A stretch of DNA of 64,000 nucleotides from Octopus sinensis (GCF_006345805.1 NC_043006.1:58466001-58530000), one strand, 5' to 3'; positions 40,145-53,620 are shown, numbered from the stretch's first letter. Translations and numbers: made by a program. The notes: generated by a model from the sequence alone, not told the origin.

Positions 40145-41090
40145 ATACGTACATTGGAGCCCTGAGGTATGTAACACAATGCCTAAATACCAATCTTGAG
40201 AAACTAGACTTCTCAAAACCAGAAAGGAGAAAGCTAATTCGAATACTACAGACCCAATCCATCACTCGAACTGTAAAAATTTGTAAAAGTTTCCAGAAGT
40301 TTATCATTTAAGTATATATGAGCATGTCTAGATATGCAAATATATGCATGAGAATACATACATAAAACAAAACATACAAATCTGCACATATATATACATG
40401 CATACATACATACATATATACATACATGCATACATACATACATACATACATACATACATACATACATACATACATACATACATACATACATACAAACATA
40501 CATACACATACATACATACAAACATACATACATACATACATACATACATACATACATACATGCATACATACATACATACATACATACATACATACATACA
40601 TACATACATACAAAAATACTCTGTTGTTGATGTTGAAATTCCAAAGAAGGAGCCTTGGATCTAGGTTAGAAACCGGCTCTTTCTCTATTGGCAAAAAATC
40701 TTGAAATAAAACTGAATTATGACACATACATACGTACATACATACATACACACATACACACATACATAATACATACAAACATAAATACATACATACATCC
40801 ATACATACACACATATACATACATACTCACACACATACATACACACACACATACATACAAACATACATACACACACATACATACAAACATAAATACATAC
40901 ACACACATACATACTCACACATACATACATACACACATACATACAAACATACATACACATACATACATACAAACATAAATACATACACATACATACATAC
41001 ATACAAACATACATTCATATATGCATACATACATACATACATACATACATACATACATACATACATACATACATACATACAAGTATGTAC
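40145..41090 (+). mobile_element. REL-type LINE 3' end running into long (CATA)n tracts
   Basis: IGALRYV...LEKLDF...LIRILQTQSITRTVKICKSF-stop; AATAAA near 40706 between two CATA tracts. Confidence 0.6.
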
Positions 41091-41339
41091 ATGTGTATGA
41101 GTTTGTTTTTGTGATTGTGTTTGTCCTCCATCACCATTTAAAAACAGGTGTTGATTAATTTACGTCCCTGTAAATTAGCAATTTGGCAAATGAGACCGAT
41201 AAAATAAGTACCAGAATTTTTTAAATGTCTACAGGTGTCGATTTGTTCAACTAGACCTTCAATGTGGTGCTCCATCATGGCCGCAGTCCAAGCACTGAAA
41301 CAAGTAAAAGATAAATGATATAAACCCTGGAATATTCTT

Positions 41340-41755
41340 ATTTCTTTACTGCCCACAAGGGACTACACACAGAGGGGACAAACAAAGACAAACAAACGGA
41401 TTAAGTCGATTATATCGACCCCAGTGCGTAACTGGTACTTATTTAATCGATCCCGAAAGGATGAAAGGCTAAGTCGACCTCGGTAGAATTTGAACTCAGA
41501 ACGTAGCGGCAGACGAAATACTATTTCTTTACTATCCACAAGGGGCTAAGCACAGAAGGGACCAACAAGGACAGACAAATGGATTAAGTCGATTATATCG
41601 ACCCCAGTGCGTAACTGGTACTTATTTAATCGACCCCGAAAGGATGAAAGGCAAAGTCGACCTCGGCGGAATTTGAACTCAGAACGTAACGGCAGACGAA
41701 ATACCGCTAAGCATTTCGCCTGGCGTGCTAACGTTTCTGCCAGCTCGCTGCCTTA
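41340..41755 (-). mobile_element. Two tandem family-A SINEs
   Basis: Direct repeat of about 185-230 bp; first copy lacks its head. Confidence 0.85.
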
Positions 41756-42891
41756 GAATATTCTAAACCCTAGAAGATTCTAAAGAGAGAAAACTAGAAG
41801 TTGTGATGCTTATCTCTTTCCCAAAAGTATTCGTGATAGTGGTAAGTGTAGCTCAACATTTCATCTTGGAAACGAAACAGCGATATGGTGATGTCATTTC
41901 ACTGATAACTTCACCGCCCCTCCACCCAACACTGTAATTTATAGGGTTAAATAGAGAAATCCTTGAAGGTTAAGAATGTCAATCTGCCTACATTGGTACT
42001 TAAAGCAAAAGGGAGTTGTCATGTCTATGCAGAGACCTTATAAAGAAAGAGACAACATGGTTTCATTGTAACCCATAAGGCCTGTGCAACCCTAAACTTG
42101 CCTTTTGATAAGAATTTAATGATATTTGAAATTGGAGCAAAGAAAATACCTGACATTTGATAAAAAAAATTGCTTTGTTTGTGCTTTAATCCAGAGTTAG
42201 GTTAGTGAAATATCACTTCTCAACGGGGTATTTTTCGCCCTAAATTGCTTTGTTTTCTAAATGTTTTATATATTGTATTAACACAACGCACAGTAACACA
42301 TGTTCAGACGCACGCATACACACACATTTACATATCTCCATACATGTGTGTATGATTGTATGTAAACATTTATACTTACATATGTGTATTTGTTTGTGTG
42401 TGTGTGTGTGTGTGTGTGTACGTGTGTGGAGAGAGAGAGAGAGAGAGAGGAGGGAGTGTCGTTTCTGTATTAATTTTTTTTCTTTTTTATTAGTTTGTTC
42501 TTTAATTCCTTGAGAAATAGAAGAGTAATTAGCTGCCCTGAATTTAATGAAGTTTGATAAGGAAATACATACATAAACATATACATCAGCATTGATTTTT
42601 TTTGCTGTGCGTTGATTGGCTGCGCTAAACATGCATAGCAGAAGTTGAGAGGCTCAGAGCAGGCGTTATTCAGATATGTGACACTTGTTCAGGCAGTTAA
42701 TAAAGCTGTTACGTCGGAAAACCACGACAGCCGTCCCGTATTTTATGACAGGAAAAGAAAAGAAGTTCAAGTGAAATATTTAAGCTTCATATCTAATTAT
42801 ATTTTTAAAGTGAACAATCATTTGAAAACATTATTCAACTATTTATATACAATTGGTTTTTCTTACCAAAATTTCAAATGCCTGATATTTA

Positions 42892-43560
42892 ATGGATAAT
42901 TATCAAGCTACCTCGACTGATCCCGAATCTTCTGAGAACCTTAGACAAGACAAGCAATCTCATTTCCAGACAGCAGTGAACAAACATACAAATCATCTAG
43001 CCGAGAATTGCAAAAGATTCCTGATGGAAGAAATTGAAGATATAAAACAGCCAGTATTTTGGCGAGCGGTAATAGCAGAATTTCTTGGAACCGCTTTTCT
43101 CGTCTGTTTCGCAGTTGCTGCAAATATGAACGATGAGAATGCTCCACCGAATGGATTGCTTTTTCCTTGTATTGAATCGGGCATTTTCATCACTATTATC
43201 ATCGGTACTTTGGGCCATATAAGTGGAGGTCACGTTAACCCCGCTGTCAGTCTAGGATTCGCGATAGTGGGTGACATTAGTTGGATCCGTTGCATATTTT
43301 ACACATTAGCTCAGATGCTCGGAGCCGTTGTAGGAGCGGCTGTCATACGTACTGTAGCGCCGTCTACTATGTACCAAACTTTCGGAGTTGTTGGCCCTGG
43401 ACCTGGAGTTAGTGATGTACACGCTATGATAATGGAACTGTTGATTACATTCTTGCTCCTCTTTGGAATTTTGGCAGCCGTTGATAAAGGCCGTAAAGAT
43501 TCTATCGGATCTGTTCCACTGCACATTGGTCTTATAGTATCACTTAACATGTTTGCTGCT
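42892..43560 (+). CDS. First coding exon of an AQP1/AQP4-type aquaporin (TM1-TM5, 223 codons)
   Basis: FWRAVIAEFLGT, GHISGGHVNPAVS, AQMLGAVVGA, MELLITFLL, DKGRKDSIGS; phase-0 donor GTAAGT at 43561. The second NPA exon was not found in the window. Confidence 0.95.
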
Positions 43561-43614
43561 GTAAGTAACATTCCATTCTTATATTATCTCTTTATACAAA
43601 AATACATATATATG

Positions 43615-43805
43615 TCGCCATGATAGATCGTTAGCCACTACACACATTTTTTTCTCTCCTTGTTTTTTTTCTGCGTCAATTTCTGAAGAAGAGCGTAGGC
43701 TCGAAACGTAAAAGACCTTTTCTATTCCTGAGCGTTATACTAATAATTCTGTTTGTTTTGTACACCACCTGTCTTCGTCTTTTGTTTTTTTTTTCGTAAA
43801 CTCTC
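43615..43805 (+). mobile_element. P1 LTR fragment with canonical-core hammerhead (43680-43713) in aquaporin intron 1
   Basis: TTT-CTGAAGA-A-GAGC GTAG GCTC-GAAAC-GT-A-AAA; followed by (TA)n. Confidence 0.7.
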
Positions 43806-44027
43806 CCTATATATATATATATATATATATACAAATATACTTATATACATAGATGCATACAAACACACACATTTATAGATAAACAGATAAAGTGATAGAT
43901 ACATTTGTTGATACCATCAGGACATGAATATTTGTGTGCGTGTGCATGCATTTATATATGTTTATATATGTATGTGTATTGTATGTGTATGTACACATAT
44001 ATCTTTATATATGTATGTATTTTGTAT

Positions 44028-44070
<43 letters not shown>

Positions 44071-44567
44071 TGTCTTGTTCTGCATTGTTCTGTCATTATG
44101 CGCAAACGTTTGCATAATGCACATAATTGCATCAGCCAGTAACAAAGTTATTTGAAACAACTGTAAAGAACTTCCAAGGACTGTCATCTCTTCTTCTAAC
44201 TTATATTTTTGTTAATGCGACATAACTGATTTCCAGCCATTTATAAGTGTTTGTCTATCTTTTGTCTTTCTATTAATATTCGATCGTCGACCTTTGCGTT
44301 TCTCATAGACATCGCTTATTTCACTGGACTATTTTCCCTCTAATTAGGACGTTGGCTTTTCAAGAATCAGAACAGATTTGAAAACAGATTTGTTGCCCAT
44401 CTATTCTTCGCTTACACTGGTGTCTTGTCGTCCATTGCGTGCGCGCGAACGTGCGAACTTGCGTGTGTTTGTGTGTGCTTGTATGTATGTGTGTGTATAT
44501 ATGTATAATATATAATCATACGCATACACACACGCGCGCGCGGCTACACACATATACTGTATAGGCG

Positions 44568-44956
44568 CAGAAGTGGCTGTGTGGTAGGAAGCTTGCTTTC
44601 CAGCCACATGGTTTCAGGTTCAGTCCCACTGCGTAGCACCTCGAGCAAATGGTCAGACTAGATCCCAAGCGTCTTCTACCATAGCTTCGGGCTGGCCAAA
44701 GCCTTGTGAGTGGATTTTGTAGATGGAAACTGAAAGAAGCCCGTCGTTTACATATATAGGGAGAATTAATAAAAATTTTAAAAAGACGAAGATAGGTAGT
44801 GTAGACAACAAACAGATGTATTAGTTTAACGCTCAGGAAGTGAGAAAGTCTTTAACGTTTCGAGCCTACGCTCTTCCACAGAAAGGAACACAGAAAGAAA
44901 CAAGGAGAGAAAATAAAGCATGTGTAGTGGCTAGCGATCTATCATCGCGAATATAC

Positions 44957-45035
<79 letters not shown>

Positions 45036-45250
45036 GTGTGTGTGTGTGTATGTATGTATGTATATGTTTGTGTGTCTGTGTTTGTCCCCCTACCATCACT
45101 TGACAACCGATGTTGGTGTGTTTACGTCCCCGTAACTTAGCGGTTCGGCAAAAGAGAACGATAGAATAAGTACTAGGCTTACAAAGAATAAGTCTTGGAG
45201 TCGATTTGTTCGACTGAAGGCGGTGCTCCAGCATGGCTGCAGTCAAATGA
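44568..45250 (+). mobile_element. SINE family B interrupted by a minus-strand P1 LTR (about 44765-44945; hammerhead variant 44850-44885)
   Basis: SINE halves flank the P1 sequence at the SINE's internal TA/GT tract; core reads CTGTGGA. Confidence 0.75.
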
Positions 45251-45366
45251 CTCGGCCATATTTTTGAAGAGGATTATTTCTTGAACTATCACCGGCGTTC
45301 TTGTGTTTTAAAACATTCTTTGCAGAGAACGGTTGCTGTTTAGAGAGCCTGAAGAGATGAAACCAT

Positions 45367-45607
45367 ACACAATATTTATTTCTTTACTACCCTCAAGGGG
45401 CCAAACACAGAGGGGACAAACAAGGGCAGAAAAACGGATTAAGTCGATTATATCGACTCCAGTGCGTAACTGGTACTTATTTAATCGACCCCGAAAGGAT
45501 GAAAGACAAATTCGACCTCGACGGAATTTGAACTCAGAACGTACCGACAGTCGAAATCCGGCTACGCATTTCGCCCGGCGTGCTAACGTTTCTGCCAGCT
45601 CACCGCC
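45367..45607 (-). mobile_element. SINE family A
   Basis: Matches 58262-58492 and 41523-41755. Confidence 0.85.
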
Positions 45608-45875
45608 CTACACGCACACATATATTCCCACTCCGTCATACGCACACATCCAAGCACATACACACCCACACACTAACACACTTTTCACCTCCTTCGACTG
45701 AATCCAACGCCTGCCACTGACCTACTTGATGACTGACACAAGCACAAATACACAGGCACGCAGATACTACCACACACACACTCACACACACATACACTCA
45801 CACACACACATACTTCAAATTCAAACTCAAATACACGCGTATACAGATACTATCACTCACACACACACGCATACT

Positions 45876-45921
<46 letters not shown>

Positions 45922-45944
45922 CAGACAGATAGATAGATAGATAT

Positions 45945-46245
45945 GTTTCTTTATTAGCCACACAGGGCTGCACACAGATAGAACAAATTACAAGGTAGAG
46001 CTTTTCTTTTGAAGGTAGAAAAGAAAAAAAGGGGGGGTTCGATCAAAAGGGATCGTAAAAGGAGAGAAAGAGGACAAAAAAAGGGGGGGTTAAAAAAAGG
46101 GGGAGAGGAAAAAAATTGATCAATAGGGATCGTTATCACAGAAATGTCAATATGAAGTGTAAAGGGGAGGACAGGTGAGGTTTACCCGTGGAAAGAAAAG
46201 CCTACGGAAAAGACCACGGTAACCTCGGTCAATGAAGTCACATGT
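45945..46245 (-). mobile_element. 3' UTR fragment of the same Tx1 family, again inside (GATA)n
   Basis: GTTTCTTTATT(A/G)GCCACACAGGGCTGCACACAGAT shared with 30601; GATA tracts at 45877-45942 and 46259-46300. Confidence 0.85.
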
Positions 46246-46258
46246 TATATTTCTTTCT

Positions 46259-46301
<43 letters not shown>

Positions 46302-46304
46302 TTA

Positions 46305-46857
46305 TTAGGTTGTCCGGAAAGTTCGTGCCGATTTATAGTAGCTTAACTTTCGACTTATTTTAGAACATGGTTGAGTCCATACAATAGGATTTGACTACAT
46401 CTCCATTTAGAGCACAGTTTAAGCTATCTTTTCGTGTAAGAAGGTTTATGTTCCTATAACCTGTGTTAATTCTGTAACCCTTTAAAATGGAAGATAAGAA
46501 AGTTCATTTTCGGCACTTCATGCTTTGGGAACCAGACAAAACTTGCTGCAGCTCGGCTGGGATGTGTTACCCTACCCTCCATATTCACCTTTGGATTTCC
46601 ACTTATTCAGGTCTCTGAAGAATAGCCTTAATGGTAAAAATTTCAATTCCTTGGATGACGTAAAAAGATACCTTGATGAATTCTTTGCCATGAAACCACC
46701 TCAATTCTGGGAATAGGATATTTCCGAGTTAAAGGAAAGATGGAGACGCATTGTACAACAAAATGGTACATATTTGGTTGATTAAAAATGTAATGGCAAG
46801 TATTTATTGACTTTTTCTTTCCTTTAAAAATCGGCACGAACTTTCCGGACAACCCAA
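46305..46857 (+). mobile_element. Internally deleted mariner (non-autonomous)
   Basis: TIRs TT(A/G)GGTTGTCCGGAAAGTTCGTGCCGATTT, TA flanks; MEDKKVHFRH joined to LGWDVLPYPPYSP...LFRSL. Confidence 0.9.
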
Positions 46858-47097
46858 TATAAATGTATCTTTTACTTGTTTCAATCACTGAAATACGGCC
46901 ATGCTGAGGCACCATCTTAAAGAGGTTAAGTCGAAAGAATCAACCCCAGTACACATTTTAAGTCTGGTAACCTTATAAAGTCTGGTAACCTTATAAAGTC
47001 TGGTAACCGTATAAAGTCTGGTAACCTTATAAAGGTTTCTTAAGCCGGACTGAGACCGGTTGTCAAGTGAGGGGCAAACACATAAATAAATACAATC

Positions 47098-47160
<63 letters not shown>

Positions 47161-47564
47161 CATACATACGTGTAGTGTGTGTGTGTGTGTGTGTATGTGT
47201 GTGTATGCGTGTGCACGCGCGCATGTGCACGCGCGCATGTGCATGCGCGCGCGTGTGAGACGGGATTCTTTCATTTTCCGTCTATCAGATCCACTTATAA
47301 AGCTTTGATCAGCCCGGGGCTATAACGAAAAAAACTTGTACAGGGTGCCATGCGGTGGACCTGAACTCCAGAACTGTGTGTTGGGGGAAACAACGTCTCA
47401 CCACACAACCACGGCTTTGTATATACCTACCTACATACATACATACATACATACATACATACATACATACATACATACATACATACATACATACGTACAT
47501 ACATATGTATATACATATACATATATATACATATACATATATATATATATACATATACATATAT

Positions 47565-47663
<99 letters not shown>

Positions 47664-48622
47664 ATATATGTATGTATACATATATACATACATATACACA
47701 CACACATACATATATCTTTCTATCTATATATATACGGAGGAAATATTCAGGAGTGAATATTTATATAGATACTAGCTGACCCCGTGCCGTCAAAAATGAC
47801 GGCTAATTGTAGTATTTTATATATAAATAAGGTACAAAATAATCACAGGTACAAACATTCACATGGCTCCCTTTTACATATACACACATATACTCACGCA
47901 GAGTTGACACGCTGTTTGATTTTTTCGCCTTCGACTTTCCATCATCCCACTACCAAGTTTGCCATTACCCCTTCCTTCCTTATTCATATATCACCCCTTC
48001 CTTTTTCATTCATATGTTATGACAGAGAAATGCACAAGAGTATCATTATTGTAGATTATTCTTGCTATTATTATCTGTCTAGCAGGCAGGCACATTAGTG
48101 TGCTCTTATCATATGTATCTATACACACATACACGTACACACACATACACTTATACATAACTTATATATAAATGGCAATTTCTGTCTGTTTGTTACCATC
48201 TTGCTGCCCAAACCAAGAAACCAATCTTCACCAAACTTTGTATACATTTTGAACTAACATCAAGTTCAATTATAGTCTATGGGGGTTGGGTTATTACATG
48301 GTAAAATGAGAGGGGTGCAAAGGTGTTAGGTTCAGGAAAATGTGGCATAATGAGGGTGGAGACAGGAAGCGATAGACACACAGGGAATGTGAGAAACAGA
48401 CAGAGAGAACGACAGACAGGGGCGTCTTCCATATGTATATAAAAGAGAGCTCGTGTGTGTGCGCGCTCGAGCGTATCTTCCTCATGCATTAGAAAACTGG
48501 GATTCCGATTTTGACATATCAAAAGATTCCGTAATATTACCACTACCAAATAAACTTTATTTTCATTTACATATTTGCACTACAAAAATTTTACATATTA
48601 ATCTAATATATACTATATATAT

Positions 48623-48673
<51 letters not shown>

Positions 48674-48754
48674 GGTCCCGGGTTGAGTCGGGGTTAACCA
48701 CAGTAAATAAGGTACTCAATACATAGCAGAGTAATTAATTTATTTTATAGAAGG

Positions 48755-48805
48755 AGCTTCTACAGGACTAGAACTGTTTCATTCAAAAGAAATCATCAGG
48801 AAGCT
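48755..48805 (-). ncRNA. Complete type-I hammerhead, canonical core, could fold as a monomer
   Basis: Minus strand AGCTTC-CTGATGA-T TTC TTTT GAA T-GAAACAG-TTCTAGTC-CTGT-A-GAAGCT. Confidence 0.75.
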
Positions 48806-49990
48806 AGGTGACAAGAATAGTTTTGGCATTTATACATTTATACATACATTTGGCATTTATACATATATATATATATAATCCTTTGCTCTCATTCTGTTCC
48901 CAATGCATTCTTAAACGGCTCAACCAAATTAAATCAAATTTTACATGGTAATACTATGAGACCTCGTGAGTGTCAACATGTATTTTTTTTTAGATTAAAA
49001 CAATGCAATTCCGTATTATGTGTCAAAACTCAAAGAATTTGAAACAATAACATCTATATTGTAATGTGATATAGTTTCACTTTTATACTTTCACTTTTAA
49101 TTCTAACCACCACGACAACGACGACGACCGTCACATTTTGTATATGACTGTGTATCTGTTTGTGAATGTATGTGTGTGAGTGTTTGAGTGTGTATATGTC
49201 TCACAGTGTGCGTGTGTGTCTTTCTGCGTTAGGTACATTATTAAACATCCTGCATGTAGTTGATGGTTGGTCAGTTTCAATACGAAATTTTATTTTCCTT
49301 TCGATTATTTTCATTTCGTTTCATTTCGATTAAAACAATAAAACATTTCATTGAGATAATCTTTCTATAATTCTTTGTCTCTCTGTAATAATTATTGTGG
49401 CATTTACCGTTAAATTAGCAGTTCCATATATGTGTTTCTATTTCGTTCATTTGCTTGTATTTTGTTAATTTACACTGCATACAAAAATACAAGCATACTA
49501 TATACATACCACGCTGGAAGCCATTATGCCATATCTTTTCATTACTACATATTCTCATGTGACTGCATAGGCTCACTTTATATTTCTTATTCTACAGCCA
49601 CACCAGCAATTCAATGTCAAGCCTTCGCCTTGTGCAATATTTCAACAGTTCACTTCCCCTTTGCCGTCTCCCATTGCAGCCCATTTCCGGAATGTACACA
49701 TTTACATACAATATCCCCATTACACCCTCATTCATTTGATTCAATCATACCATGGGTCATGTTAGACGCAGCGCTGACTGCCTCAAAGGCGAGTATATCC
49801 ACTGACAGATTTTCGCTGGATTCAAAAATTACATACTACCCACTCAAATTTTCTATGATAGGTTAGGGCTTGGAATACTCCAAACAGACGTATTACATGT
49901 TGCTTAGTTGAATTTGACCATCATTTAATCCACAAATGTATTATCGTCAATGCTGCCCTTTCCTGAATCACCTGTTTCAACATAACTGAA

Positions 49991-50055
<65 letters not shown>

Positions 50056-50104
50056 ATATATAATATATATATATATATAATATATATAATATATATATAT
50101 ATAT

Positions 50105-50602
50105 ATATTTGTAAAAAATGAAGTTCGAAAATGCTGCTGTATTATACAATTTTTTATTTTTATATATACATTATAACATGTTTCAGTTCCTGAAATGAAC
50201 TTTATCAAAAAAAGTTATATATAAAAAAAGACAGCTCATGCCGTCAAACACAAGAAATTCATTTATAATACACAACGGAGTCAGACATCTTAGAGTTCAT
50301 GTATAGTTGATATATAGTTCATGTATAGTTGATATATAGTTTGAAGTATATGTTCAAAGTTTTCGATGCAGTGGCCCACGGTGGCGATATGTATTCAATA
50401 CAAAAAACAGATCAAAGTGGTGGAAAGCGGTCAATACAGAAGATTGATGTTTCCGAAAGAGCGAGGAATTCATTTTTACCTTAAGCAAATGTGATGACCC
50501 ATGGTGGATGTTCGCTGGGTGGTTCTAATGAGTTTTTGTGAAGTGCTCGGTTTTATAATGCCTGTTAGGTGGTCAATCCAGCGTAGCGTGACGTCATCAA
50601 CG

Positions 50603-50605
<3 letters not shown>
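50105..50605 (-). mobile_element. Solo ~500-bp copy of the foldback arm (CRE, TATA, U3-A8 hammerhead at 50175-50208)
   Basis: Homologous to 3250-3700; stem II AGTTC/GAACT versus GGTTC/GAACC; (TA)n on both sides. Confidence 0.8.
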
Positions 50606-50678
<73 letters not shown>

Positions 50679-51125
50679 ATATACACGCACACACATACAC
50701 ACACACACACATATATATATATATATTATATATATATATATATGTACACACACACACAAACTATACTATTTTAACCCTGAACAACGCCGGGTATCATTGC
50801 TAGATTTTTCTGTTCGTCAACTATTGTAAACATTCTATACCACGACGACGACGACGACATCACATTTTCTATATGAGTGTATACCTTAAAAGGCATTCAT
50901 TTTCTATGTTATGACGAAATACAGCCACTCACTCACTCTCTCTCTCTCACTCTCTCACTCTCTCACATACACACACATGCTACGCACGCGCACACATATA
51001 TACAAAAGATATGTATGCATATGTATTTATGTATGTGTATATGAAAGATGTGTGTGTGAGACAGAGACAGAGACCGAGTGAGTGTCACTTACACATACAT
51101 GACAACACACATCTTCACTCACTCG

Positions 51126-51157
<32 letters not shown>

Positions 51158-51777
51158 ACGCACACATGCACATGCACACACAAACACACACACATCCATT
51201 TCATATACACATACATACATTTTTCACTTTCCCCTCTCTTTCACTTTTTGCTCTCACTTTAAGGCAAATGTCGCGATTTCACTTTCAGCTTTCTGTCAAT
51301 TTCTGCTCCCTTCAAAGAATAAAGATATTTTAAAATTTTACGGAAATTGTCGAACACATTCGAAAACTGAGTTACCAATTTTGACGTATGGGATATCAAA
51401 GTTTCAGTAATCTTTCTGCTAACAAATAAACTTTATTTTCATTTACATATTTGCATTACAAAAATTTAACATTATAATCTTTCTATAATTCAACTATCCT
51501 AAACGACATTTTATACCACCACCACCACCACCACCACGTCATATTTTTTATATGAGTGTGTATCTTAAAAGACATCCATTTCTATATATGCTATGAGGAA
51601 ATACAGTCACTCACTTTCTCTTTCACATGCACACGCCCACATGCATACACAAAAGATGTATGCATATGTATTTATGTACGTGTGTATGAAACGTAATGTG
51701 TGTGTGAGAGAGAGAGAGAAAGAAAGAGAGAGAGCTAGTGCCACATACACATACATGACAACACACAACTTCACTCA

Positions 51778-51814
<37 letters not shown>

Positions 51815-52369
51815 GTCCATTTTTTACTATCTCCTTTCTTTCACTTTCTGCTCTCGCTTCAAAGCAAATGTTGCCTTTTCACTTTCTACTCTTTCAATTT
51901 CTGCTCTCTTCAAAGCTTAAAAAATAAAAAGATTTTACGGAAATCAACGAACAATCATATGATCCCATATGATCGACCATATAATCGAGTTGACAACTTT
52001 TCTGCTTCAAACGAAAGAATGCCATAAAATAACTTCCTTTGGCACATACACGCGCGCGAACACACACATACACACACACACATACACACATACACACACA
52101 TACACACAAACATACACACACACACATACACACACACGCACACACATACACACACACACACTCAAGGTAAAACTTCTGTATGAATTATGTTATTTCTTGC
52201 TATGTGCATGCACAAAATTACAGCTCAAATCCAATTGAAATCACCTTTTTCTATTCTGTAATTCTTGTTTGTGATGAGTGTATTTAAAAATTTGACCTTC
52301 GATATAAATTTAAAAGCAAGTTCTCCCACAAATCCTGTTCTCTACCTGTTGCTTCTAGCATGTCCGAGG

Positions 52370-53030
52370 TGACATTTGTACTCCCACCCCGATTTTTTTT
52401 CATAAATGTCTTCCGATTCCTATGTTTTCAATACAGGAGATTAAGATTTCTCAAAAAAAACATGTTCTCAATATTCTAATTTTCTCCCTCCTCATCCCAA
52501 TGTCTTCATTTTTTACTTTTTTTAATTGTTTTCTTGGTAATCCACAGAGAAAAAACAGAGAGTACGAATCTTTAAGAATTCTCTTCATTCTTTTATCTTA
52601 AAGAAACACTAAAATCTCCTTCCCAAACATCCACCCATCACCTCACCACTTTAAAAAGCTACAAACTCCCAATGTTTCACTTTTAGCTTTTTGGAAAGCG
52701 GAGAAGTGTCTTCAGAAATAATGTCGTTTACCTGTTGTTTCTAGCATGTCGGGTTTTCTGGTGGCGCTCTAATATTTCAGTACAATTCTACGCATGCGTG
52801 AAACATCAGACGAAAGTGAAACATGAGATGCTTTTAGCATTTTGAAAGTAGGTAGATGATGGGTGGGTGAGGTGTGGGAAGAGGTACTGAGTGTTTCTTT
52901 AAGAAAAATCCATCTTTAAAAATATATATTTCCCAGATTTCGTAATCTCTGTATTTTTCTACATGGATAAAAAAAAATTCGTAAAAAGTTACAAATAGAA
53001 ATTGCGGTGGGGACAGGGGGAAACTAAAAT
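52370..53030. repeat. Old degenerate palindrome, MITE-like
   Basis: 52590-52660 versus 52830-52910 and 52540-52570 versus 52935-52965 are imperfect reverse complements. Confidence 0.45.
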
Positions 53031-53329
53031 TTTGAAGCTGTGATTTCTGGGCAAAATCATATTAACCCTCTTTTATACGGTGAAACAATACTTACTTTGT
53101 GATCATTCTTAAGAACAGAAAGCACTTTCTTGCAAACCCATACAAGCAGTACCTTCTATCCTTCACATTTAAACAAACAATAACTTCCATAATGCCAGTA
53201 ATCCAGTTGATTATATATCAGCTGTACTGATTCTCCCATAAGAAAGGAGCAAATAAAACAATATGGGTGTAGGTCATAACACCTGGGCAACGCCAGGATG
53301 CAGTGTTAGTGTGTATGTATGAATATATG

Positions 53330-53403
<74 letters not shown>

Positions 53404-53404
53404 A

Positions 53405-53620
53405 ATCCAACGGGAAAACAAAAAAACAACAACACGTGGAACAATTACAGTATTATTATTAATAGGCGCTCAGGAAATATGGAAGCAGGAAGGTATGACG
53501 TTTCGAGCGGGAGTCTTCGTCGGAAACATAAGAAGGAAGAGAGAGGAAAGAAAGATCCCAAAGTGGGCAACAAGAGATGGAGAAAAAAAACGACTGGTGT
53601 TTACGAAGTACACATGGTGA
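53405..53620 (-). mobile_element. P2 LTR fragment, hammerhead variant at 53492-53525
   Basis: Minus strand CCGACGA...GCTC-GAAAC-GT-C; stem II partly disrupted. Confidence 0.6.

Larger units (their letters stand above)
48160..50802 (+). mobile_element. Possible composite Helitron-bounded block
   Basis: Helitron-like 5' TATATAAATGGCAATTTCTGTCTGTTTG near 48160 and 3' CCCTGAACAACGCCGGG...CTAG near 50775-50802; a minus-strand 3' end also lies at 47771-47800. Pairing of the ends is uncertain. Confidence 0.35.

Noticed and set aside
43561-43623. Aquaporin ORF continuing to the stop at 43623
   Set aside because: Read-through of a consensus GTAAGT donor at a conserved aquaporin intron position; the second NPA is missing.
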